A stretch of 64,000 nucleotides of DNA from Sporopachydermia quercuum (taxonomy: Eukaryota), in the NCBI GenBank assembly GCA_001599295.1, contig BCGN01000004.1, positions 128,138 to 192,137 of the forward strand. Direction: 5' to 3'. Under the pieces are notes generated by a model that was not told the DNA's origin, searched no databases, and was given only the letters and a program-made list of their open reading frames with translations. The position numbers and the translations under genes are program-made. Positions 37,805 to 47,569 of this stretch are shown piece by piece; positions within the stretch are counted from its first letter, which is position 1, and every line of letters begins with the position of its first letter.

Positions 37805-39385
37805 ATGCAACTTTCATCTACAATCTTATTCTCAGTTTTGGCTGCTCTTGCAGCTGCCTCACCTGTACCAAAATTCCCTTCTCCTGTTCCTGTTGAAGAA
37901 GCAGCAAGAGAAGCCAGAACTTTGGTCTTCAGAGAGTCATTGACCAACCTCGTGACAATTCACCAAAAGGGTAAATTAGAAGGTACTCCAGTCTCTTTTG
38001 TTGAATACTATGCTGATTGCGATAACGAAGGTTCTCCTTACATCTTATCCCTTAACATTGGCACCTCATTTAGAAACATTGCTGAAGGCTCTCCTGCCTC
38101 ATTATCAATCAGAGTTGGTGATCATCCTTTCACTGAAAGAGTTGACCCCAACTACCCAGGTGGTATTGTCACCTCACCTGCTGGATCTCCTCGTATCTCT
38201 CTCGCCGGTAAGCTTGTTGATGTCACTGACCCACTTGAGATCGTTAAGGCTGAAACCTGTTTCCTTAGAAGACATCCTGAAGCTCATGCTTGGCTTCCAG
38301 GTAACCCCATCCACAAATCCAAATGGACCAAGTTTGATGTTGAAAATGTCTACTTATTAGGAGGATTCGGAGACCGTGCTTTCATTGGAGAAGTTCCTTT
38401 GGACTTGTACAAGTCAGCTAAACCAGTTCCCAGTCATGGTCCAGATCATGGCCCAGACCATGGTCCAGATGGTGAACATGAAGAACTTCAATTAATCAAC
38501 CAATCCGAAGATGGAGCACCAGCTGCTCCTTCTAACCCATGGAAGGACTACGGAAAGCAACAAAAGAAACACTGGAAGAAGTACGGTAAGCAATGGAAGA
38601 AGAAGTTCACTCCTCCTGCAGACTCTGATGATGAAGTCGAAGAAGAAGCCATTGAGGATATTCCCAAGGGACCTGCTCCTGGTGAAGATCCTTCTAAACA
38701 CTGGAAGAAGCACGGAAAAGATTTAGGAAAGAAATGGAAGAAGCACGGAAAGGACCAAAAGAAGAAGTGGACCCCTCCTTCTGACTCTGACGATGAATTG
38801 GAAGAACAAGCCGTCGAAGATATTCCTGAAGGACCAGCTCCTGGTGAAGACCCTGCTGACTACTGGAAGAACCACGGTAAGCAAATCGGAAAGAAATGGA
38901 AGAAGTTTGGCAAGGACCAAAAGAAGAAGTGGACTCCTCCTGCTGAATCGGACAATGAATCTGATTCTGAAGATGAATTAGAAGAACAAGCCGTCGAAGA
39001 TATTCCTGAAGGACCAGCTCCTGGTGAAGACCCTGCTGACTACTGGAAGAATTACGGTAAGCAAGTCGGAAAGAAATGGAAGAAGTTTGGCAAGGACCAA
39101 AAGAAGAAGTGGACTCCTCCTGCTGAATCGGACAATGAATCTGATTCTGAAGATGAATTAGAAGAACAAGCCGTCGAAGATATTCCTGAAGGACCAGCTC
39201 CTGGTGAAGACCCTGCTGACTACTGGAAGAATTACGGTAAGCAAGTCGGAAAGAAATGGAAGAAGTTCGGCAAGGACCAGAAGGAAAAGTGGGGTTCTGG
39301 TGTCGAAGAATTCGACAAGGAAGCTGATTCTATTTTAGAGCAAGCTATGGAAAAGATCCACGATATTGCTAACCAACTCTTTTAA
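37805..39385 (+). CDS. Secreted CREG-like/pyridoxamine-phosphate-oxidase-like split-barrel protein with C-terminal Trp/Lys-acidic repeats
   Basis: Signal peptide MQLSSTILFSVLAALAAA; EEAAREARTL, EYYADC, PRISLAG, CFLRRHPEAHAWLPG, YLLGGFGDRAFIG; five repeat units; strongly biased codons. Confidence 0.85.
   Translation: MQLSSTILFSVLAALAAASPVPKFPSPVPVEEAAREARTLVFRESLTNLVTIHQKGKLEGTPVSFVEYYADCDNEGSPYILSLNIGTSFRNIAEGSPASLSIRVGDHPFTERVDPNYPGGIVTSPAGSPRISLAGKLVDVTDPLEIVKAETCFLRRHPEAHAWLPGNPIHKSKWTKFDVENVYLLGGFGDRAFIGEVPLDLYKSAKPVPSHGPDHGPDHGPDGEHEELQLINQSEDGAPAAPSNPWKDYGKQQKKHWKKYGKQWKKKFTPPADSDDEVEEEAIEDIPKGPAPGEDPSKHWKKHGKDLGKKWKKHGKDQKKKWTPPSDSDDELEEQAVEDIPEGPAPGEDPADYWKNHGKQIGKKWKKFGKDQKKKWTPPAESDNESDSEDELEEQAVEDIPEGPAPGEDPADYWKNYGKQVGKKWKKFGKDQKKKWTPPAESDNESDSEDELEEQAVEDIPEGPAPGEDPADYWKNYGKQVGKKWKKFGKDQKEKWGSGVEEFDKEADSILEQAMEKIHDIANQLF
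38540..39292 (+). repeat. Coding tandem repeat, units of 162/162/180/180 nt plus a fifth cationic block
   Basis: First Trp codon of each unit at 38540, 38702, 38864, 39044 and 39224; 38821-39000 and 39001-39180 differ at only 3 of 180 nt. Confidence 0.95.
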
Positions 39386-40466
39386 GCTTGCTTGGGATAG
39401 TTTTTCTTGCTTTTAATTTTTTATGATTTTGTTTTAGATATGTATGGTTTAGGGGTAATTATTTTGATATAATACAGATTATGTTGATGCTTTAACAATC
39501 TCAAGTAGTTTTCTTACCTTGATATTAATTGTAAACTTCAATAACGAGTTGCGTTTTGCATTTGTTATCGGCAAAATCAATATATAGTCTGATATTGCCA
39601 GAACTCATTCATGTCTGTAGGCAACTCTCCTTCAATCACCTTATAATCTATTTCATATATTTTGCTTCATTTTATTCAATAAACTTGATGAATATACAAT
39701 TACAGCGGGCATTACAAGAAAATGAAAAATAATAACTTTCAGTTGCTGCTGCACTCTCATAGGATTATTGTCTCTTGTCACCTTCAATATCTTCTCTCTA
39801 AATGTTTTATGTTTGCCAGATCTCAGTCCCATAATCGACCAAACTCCTCTGAATTGATCTTACTAGGTATTTAATAAATAGATCATGATACAGCTCTCAA
39901 ACAAAACTAAGTAGCTATTAAATCATTCATATTATCTCCAGACAATTGCTCTTTAGCTAGTTTACTCCTTCACTTTTATTTTGTATTTCAAAACGGGGGT
40001 CTCACGAGATAATTAATTGCTAAGCCACACAACCCATGGGGTGATTGCGCTATCTTGCTCAAACTTTGTATCACAAGATAAACGTGAACACAAAATCTTA
40101 ATTCAGATTGTACAGAATGGTAGCAGAAAAAGAAAACCTTTTCAACCAGTGAAAAATGAATAATTTCACTTACTAATAGATTTACCTGCTGTTCAATCAG
40201 GCGAATAGATATGACATATAACGAGTAAGACAAAGAGCAATATGAATAATAATACATTGTACTATAATTCACAATTTTGAATAGAATTTATATTCCTCTC
40301 GTATTATATTTTCTCGTTTATCGATATCTTAGGAAGGAAACAGGGCTTATCGTCTGGATATTCTTACATCACACTATCTTTTAATAGGAAGCACAGCGAT
40401 AGCTTTTTGGCATAAATTTTCGATTGATTTGGGACAAACACAGACACAGGAACAGGAACAGACAAA

Positions 40467-40914
40467 ATGAGTTTGACAGAGAATAATAAGAAATTAATTA
40501 GAGGAGCATCTGCTATAGGCGTTGTTGCATTGACTATCTATGCTATAAGCAAATGTCCTACAGTGTACAGTTCACTTTCAGGATGGTTTAACAAAAGCGT
40601 TGAAGTTGAGGATGCTTCTATCAAAGGGTTTGAAGGTGATATTGTAAGTGCCAACGATGAAACATTGAGAAACTGGCTAGCAAAGGTACGTAATAGATTT
40701 CTATTTTGGAAAGGTAGGAGCGAGCTTCATAGGATGAGTTCCTTTTTTATTTTTATTTTTTATGCAAGTTTGCACGTGCTAATTATGCTGTAATTATAGC
40801 ATATCTATAGATCAAGGATCAATACTAACTACTAATCTTTAGAATGATATTTACCCACCAGCAGGTACTACTGTTGAAGAACTACGCGGCCTGGTGAAGT
40901 CATTGGCTAATTAA
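40467..40914 (+). CDS. 96-aa protein: N-terminal TM helix plus Ish1/HeH-like helix-extension-helix (2 exons)
   Basis: Exons 40467-40685 and 40843-40914; intron GTACGT..TACTAAC..TAG. Spliced C-terminus SANDETLRNWLAK|NDIYPPAGTTVEELRGLVKSLAN. Confidence 0.72.
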
Positions 40915-41588
40915 GAAATAATTAATGAGTAAATGTGGTGTGAAAGGTTAAACAGTTGGNGATCGATTGAGAATTTTTAATAACTGCTGCCTGAATAGTA
41001 ATGATAGAAATGTATCCTAAGAGTAACCCACCAGTAAAGATATCAGTAGAGGTGTCAGTAGACGCAAGGAAGGGGAAAAGCAGTATCAATGAATGCCTAA
41101 TACCAGTAATTCGTTTCGATTTATTCTCGTTTCTGATATTCATTTAGTTTAAGATCTTCAGGTTGTTGTTTTGTTACCTTGGGATTTATCAAATCTCCTT
41201 CAGTTTGAAGAAATCCAAACTTTCCTGTTTTAAGGTCGACTTTTACTTTAAAATACGACAGCGGTTCAAATCCACACTGTCCTCTTATGTAGGTAAATCG
41301 AATGTGTGATATGCCTGAGGTGGTTCCTGATCAGCATTGAAGCTACCATTTTACTGTTAGTTGTACTAAAGTATTTCCACTGACAGAGATTATAATTAAT
41401 ATCCGAAAATAGCTATCATTATCAATACTAACTAAGGATGTAGAGTTCATGTCGTATCTTCTCTTTCAAGTATAGTTATACAAAATGATTATTAATTTTT
41501 CACCAACCGAGCTTTCCTTTCACTATCAAGTTTTCTAGTAGCGAACTTGATATTCCCTATATTTTATTTTCTATTTCTTTTATTTCTT

Positions 41589-42810
41589 CTATTTTTTATT
41601 GCTAACTTTTCTTTCCCATTGCTTTAACCCTCTAACAAACAATTCCTTATCTACTCCTTGGACATAATCATCTACATATACAAAATGAACCCCATACTCT
41701 TCTACTTCATTATTTCTCATCTCATCGTCAAAGAATACCATCTCCTCAAATTCATCGCCTGTGACTTTACCCAGTCTTCTGAAATGTGCCTTTTTTGACC
41801 CTGTTCCCCATTCCATATGGTCAAACCATTGAATGGCAGGTTTATTGTTGATGAACAGTCCTTGTAGAATAGCTTGTGCAGTATCAGGAGTAGGCGTTCT
41901 GCTGGCAGAAACAACTTTCACACCTTTGGTTTTCAGATGGATTATTATTTCTCGGACATCGGGAAAGAAATCTACTTCAGTGTTAGCTCTATCTTTCACT
42001 TTACCTCTAGATGCTATGATAGGAGTATATAGGCAATCGCAATAGTGCTGAAAATGTTAGTATCAGAATCAGATATTTGGTGTAAAGTGGAGAGTTGCCG
42101 ATAGGGCGTTGATAGGAAAAGATAAATGAGAATATAAATGGCATAGTAGTTGAGAGAATAAGCCTTTGGATATCGAATGAAGGGTATAGTACAGAGTGAG
42201 CGACAGTTCAGCAGAAAGTGATGAGGAATGATTGAATTTTTGAACATTGAATTGACTTGCTGTATTGGAAGGTAATATAAGTTGTACAGCTCATTTGAAC
42301 ATATCCAAGATTCTATAGAGCAACTCAATCCCGACTGAATGGCTAACAATTAGTTCCCGTTATCCAGACAGTTCATCCTTCATCCAATGGATCACTATGT
42401 TGATACCAACAGAAACGAAAAATCTAATGCAATTTTTTTTGCAGATTATAACGAATCTGTCCTAACTACTGCGGAAAGTCATTTATGAAACTATAGAATG
42501 TACTTGATATGATTTAATGCTCTGAAGAACACACCAATCACTCGTTCGTACCCTCCATTGCCATTGTACAGTCATATCTCCATTCTACCTTGAGCTCATC
42601 TCAGCAAATCAAATACTTACAGCTAATCTTTTGGTTAGTACCCTTTGAAACAAACCCTCAAACTGAAAAAATGCTACACGTAAGACTATTCATAACATTC
42701 ATCGTCTTCTTCTTCTACTTACGCCATAATGTATAATCAAGGTCAAATACAACTACCTTTGGATAGCTAGTGATATCCAATGAATCAAAATCCGTATTGT
42801 TTCTGCCCAT
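41589..42810 (-). CDS. MDP1: Magnesium-dependent phosphatase 1 (HAD IIIC; YER134C-like), 3 exons including a 2-nt micro-exon, 182 aa
   Basis: Exons 42810-42723, 42622-42621 and 42047-41589 give PKVVVFDLDYTLWPHYCD, SASRT, GSKKAHF and MVFFDDEMRN. Confidence 0.9.
42621..42622 (-). other. 2-nt micro-exon (CT) of MDP1
   Basis: Minus strand reads TACTAAC-caaaagat-TAG|CT|GTAAGT; it completes the CCT Pro codon and the reading frame. Confidence 0.85.
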
Positions 42811-43927
42811 TGTGAAAAAAATGGATAGGTGATATGCAGCTAGTGAGATTAAGCCAAAACGTAGAGCCATTATTTGATTGACGAAGCAAATCAAATGAAA
42901 ATAATGGAAAAGGCGGAGGAGAAGAAGCGGAAGTAGGGAAAAGAATGAAAGAGAGGAAAGATGAGACTGCAAAAGAAATTTAAGGTTATTATTTAAAGTT
43001 TGGAAATAAGTGGATGATTATACATTGACTTCAAACAGTTACTTAGAATGATTATTTGTTCTACTATGTTTTAATCAGAGCTATACTAGGAGTAGATATT
43101 CTTGACTGAAATAGGAAGTACTGGGAGTTCTAAATGTTTTGTACTTTTTGAGTCAGATTAGTCAGAGATCGGAGGCATTGAAGTATCAAAGGAAGAGGCA
43201 CTAACTACTGTTGGGTTATCTAGATCAATTCAAGCTTTTTAACTTCAAACTCAAAATAAACTTGAGGTAACTTAATCCTACAATCCCGCAAGAAAATGAC
43301 ATGAGAGTGCTGCAATAATGAAAAGTTTATCAATTGTATATAGCAAAATTTACAGCTTTTTAGTAATAAAATAGGGGAACTAACTTTCAAAAAACGGCCT
43401 TTTTCATTATTTGCAGTCATTTCCGAAACGTTTTTTGATTCAGTTTGATGACTAGCACCTGGTATCAAATAAACCTAAATAACTCCGATGCATTAAACTC
43501 GCATTTCTGCACAATTTTATTTCCTGCCNTTAAACTCAATTATCAGCTCCGAAACAACTAAATAACTCTTTCTTCTTTCTATTCATTTCATTCTGAAAGT
43601 AATACAAATATAGCATGAAAATACGTAGAATGAGCCATTTTCAATCTTATTGTCGTGCTTTAACTATGTTGGCCATGATTTGCGTATCAGTATACATATT
43701 TTTTCCCAGTAGTTAATGGATTCACTAAAATGACATACAGTGCTGATCCGGTGGTCTATGTTTTAGTAACTATCACCAACATATTAACGGAGGATCACTG
43801 ACCAGAATTCATGAACTTGACAATGTTTTGACCCTATTTGCCCCAGCAGAAATGCCGTTTCTTGTTTTATCGATTTCTCGATCATCGTCTGCATTGAAAA
43901 TCCCGACCCTTCCTCCCCAGTAGGCCT

Positions 43928-45012
43928 CTAAACAGTTCTGAATACCTCCATTGGAAAATCAATCAGCTGCAAGTCCTTTATTTCAATATCATCAAACTGA
44001 CATAATGAAAGAAATGTTTTCCTTCTTGACTTATAAACATCATTTTTAGACTGATCTGTTCGACGTGTATGGCTCTTACTACTTCTACTACCATTAACAT
44101 CATTGCCATTCGTATCTGTCTCATGGCATCCTAGCAGGTAAGGCAAATTCTCATCATACAGCTGTAGAACCTTTTTTATCTGATAGCTGTAGCTTGTATT
44201 TATGAGTTCTGGAGTTTCTATTAAACGTTCAAGTTCTTTCAGTTGGATGTTTGTTGCTCTTTTATGAATTTCCTTAGTACTTGCTGATAGGTAGGTTCTG
44301 CGGTGATCAGTCCCCTGGATAGCCTCACCATCAGCATCGCTATTATTAAGATCAAATTCATTAATTTCGCTATTCCTCCTATTAAAATTTTTATTCTCAT
44401 TATCGCGGCAGTTTTCATACTCTTGACAGTGTTCGTTCTCATATTCGTAATGTGATATTATAAGAGATACCACTGTCTTGTTGAACGCAATATAGACATA
44501 CGGCAGATTGAACGAAACTCCTGGAGCAAAATTAATGATTTGAGGATAGTTATATGTAGAGGTTGCATAGTCGTAGATGGTCCTTGCTGAATATAGATAA
44601 CTCATTTCCAAGCTTGATTCCTTTTCTCTTTCTCTTANCCTTTCTCCTTCTCCTCCTGCAGTTGTACCTATCCCTATTCTTACTGCTTTATCTCTGCCTA
44701 ACCCTTTCGAGGCTAATAAATTACCAAGGAAAAACCAACCAAGAGAAAAAAACCTTTGTTGTGAAACAGACTGCTGTAGCACTTGAATTGCAGGATTTGT
44801 TTGGTTCAATTGATAGTATATGACTGCTAGGTTGTAGAGTTGTTTATATGATCTTGGTAGTTGTTTGAAAGACATGATTGCTTCGTGGTATAATTTTGAA
44901 TCGTAGTATCGGACTGCTTGAGCCCATTTTTGACGCTAGATTGTTAGAGAGAGTCGATAAAATTCATTATAATGAGTAGAAATTCAGAAAATATAAATAC
45001 CTTATAAGCCAT
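43928..45012 (-). CDS. Divergent NoxR/p67phox-like TPR protein (2 exons)
   Basis: Exons 45012-45001 and 44935-43928; 65-nt intron GTATTT..CTAAC..TAG. MAYKRQKWAQAVRYYDSKLYHEAIMSFKQLPRSYKQLYNLAVIY...FFSLGWFFLG...IINFAPGVSFNLPYVYIAFN follows the recalled NoxR N-terminal pattern. Confidence 0.62.
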
Positions 45013-45302
45013 TTTGTTAGGAAACGTGCTTTATCTGGTTACTAGATGTTCTCTTGATAGTTGATAGTATCTTACACTATGATCATGTATTGTGATCATT
45101 TATTATTTACATTCCTATTGTAATATTTTCCTTAATCTCAAGAATCTCAGAAAGATAAATACAATTGTTTATTTATTTCATCAATCCATCAATTATATAA
45201 AGCAAGGATATAAATTACTTACAATGTTTTCTATATGGCGTGTCATAATGAATGCCCATTGCTCATTCATCTGTAACACATTTGAAACGCAGTACAGACC
45301 CT

Positions 45303-46088
45303 TTAGTTGCTACCAAGATAAAAATCCTTTTGAGTGGTCATCCAAACCAAAGTTGTAGCTGTATTTGTTAGCAATCAATATGATTAATACGATTGATAAC
45401 ACTTCGCAATTAAAATATACAGGAACTATCAAATACTTACAAGCTGTCAATAATGGTCCAAGCAATCCCTTGCCAAACTTCGCAGTACCGAAAATTAACC
45501 ACTCCGAAACGAAATGAAGTCCTGCAATGATAAATGATGACATGGTAATTTGATACACACTAGAAATGTATTTTTAGTTAGTAAATATGCCGATTGTTTA
45601 TTACCGTTCGCAGGATTTTGTTTTCTATCAATTTGTAGATGTACTATTACATCTCATATTCCCTCTACTTACACGGGATCATTCAAGTAGTATGCACCGT
45701 AGAATCTAATCACAGCAGCAAAGATTGTCCAAGTGCCAAAGGTTCTAGCAGATAATTCAGTCACTGGTTTTATTAGTTATCGCAGTAGTAGCTTATTGTA
45801 CCATGTTTGGCTATAAAATAATAAAGGCATACCTTGTTCAGGCTTTCCCTCGTACACTCTTCTGGTGAGTTTCAAACCTGATACATATGTTTGGGCTGAA
45901 TTGAATATCGAAACAGCTGAGACCTAGTAACAAGCGAGCGTTAGAATTTGGACAGCGAGGAAAAAATATAATACGAATTCGCAACTTTTACCGTAGATGA
46001 ACGTTGAAATTCATACAAATAACAGCCATTTTGGCAATAAACCAGGAATAGTAGGTAGAGCAGAGATGATAGTATCGATAAACGACAT
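45303..46088 (-). CDS. ERG28: Ergosterol biosynthesis scaffold Erg28 (5 exons, 142 aa)
   Basis: Exons 46088-46017, 45923-45833, 45763-45673, 45559-45441 and 45358-45303 with consistent phases. Motifs GLLPKWLLFVSAVSIFNSAQTY, VTELSARTFGTWT, HFVSEWLIFGT. Confidence 0.94.
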
Positions 46089-46198
46089 GGTGAAGGCAAG
46101 GAGTACTAGGAGGAAGTGATTGGAAGCTATTGAGATACTGAGAGATAGAATAAGTTTCCTAAATAAGATCTCGCTTTTTAAGGAATCTAACGGATTTT

Positions 46199-46205
46199 TA
46201 TACGA
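46199..46205 (-). promoter_or_regulatory. Sterol regulatory element (Upc2/Ecm22-type TCGTATA) upstream of ERG28
   Basis: Plus-strand tatacga equals TCGTATA on the gene strand, about 110 nt upstream of the ERG28 ATG. Confidence 0.55.
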
Positions 46206-47569
46206 TTCCTTTGATTAAGCTGACAATCACAAGATAATTGTATGGTAAAGTGTTTGTTTCCTTGCTGGAAAGGTGAAAAACAGACATTTCGAATGTGGTG
46301 ATTTTATACATGTGAAGTTATGAGAGTTTGCATAAGTCTGCAGGGATGGCATATGAATGCATGTGAAATTAGGGTTTAGAAACTAATAATCGTTGATTGG
46401 GCTGGGAATAGGTAAGAATCATGTACAACAAAGTATTTTAATAAAAAGTAGTTAGAAATACTTCCTGTTTACTCTGAGTGATATTATAGGATGTCACGGC
46501 AACAAAACAAGAGAAATAAAATTTGTAGGCATATTTTAACCTTTAAAAGGGCATTGGGTTAGTTAGTAAATTAGGTTATACAATCTAATTTAAGTTCAGC
46601 TCTTCTTAATTTTCTTCCTTTAGCTCCATTCATGATTTCTCATCATGAGCAATAACTTCGTCAACTGTATAAACTATTATAACAAACTGGCTTTAAAAAA
46701 ATTACTTCAGCCTGATTGTTATGCCTTCTAGTCCACTTCCGTTCTTCCTCTGGTTGTCTTCTCTCCATGTCAGACCGTTCCACATCCCCTTTTGGCAAAA
46801 CACTTACAAATCTTAACTACCTTCTATGCAGGTACCAAAACTTCAATGATTATCTTTTCCAGACTTAGATTCATTGTTGCACAAACTCAATCAATCCCAA
46901 CTTCCTTCCTTTGTGCGTTTTTCCTTTTTGTTCCCTTTTCTTCTCCTTTAAACGCTTTTCTTCCTTTATAAACCTCATTTACCTATTAATTTGACAACTT
47001 CCTTGCTTTTACATTTCTTTTAACTAAGAACGAATCAGTTGTTTACTTCCGTATCAAAGTGATTATATCCGTGTGAAGGAGCACCAGGGAAAACAAGGGT
47101 GTTGGATTTGATAGTTTATTCAGATGAATAGGAGTGCTGTAAGAATACCATGTACTATGCTCTACACTTTTTATTCTTTCATTTTGCTTATCCTTTTATA
47201 CCGGTTGTATCATAGGATATAGATGGTAGATTTAATGATCAGGAGATTCTGCTATCAGGTGTATTCGAGCCAACGAGAGGCATGATTATCTACTTAGCTG
47301 CACAATCTATACTTCCTGACCGCCAAGCATGAATCCTGTCAGGAATGCTGTACAGATTCCATGATAGAATATCAATTTCGAGGGAAAGCTCGTTAACAGC
47401 TTCTATTAAGACACTGCAGCTATTAAGTATAATATTACTACTATCGTGACCACTATTGATACTAATATTACTATAGATTCGATTCATTCACAATATAACA
47501 ATAGCAGAACATAGCTGCAACAATTTCTACAACTATATTACTATCAGTACTATCACTATACTATGAACA

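Noticed and set aside
38540..39292. CRISPR-like or transposon interpretation of the regular repeats
   Set aside because: The repeats are in-frame coding units without unique spacers in a eukaryotic gene; no cas, transposase or LTR is present.
41255..41285. GGTTCAAATCC B-box/T-loop-like motif suggesting a tRNA
   Set aside because: The T-stem pairs poorly and no A-box, D-arm or acceptor stem can be built.
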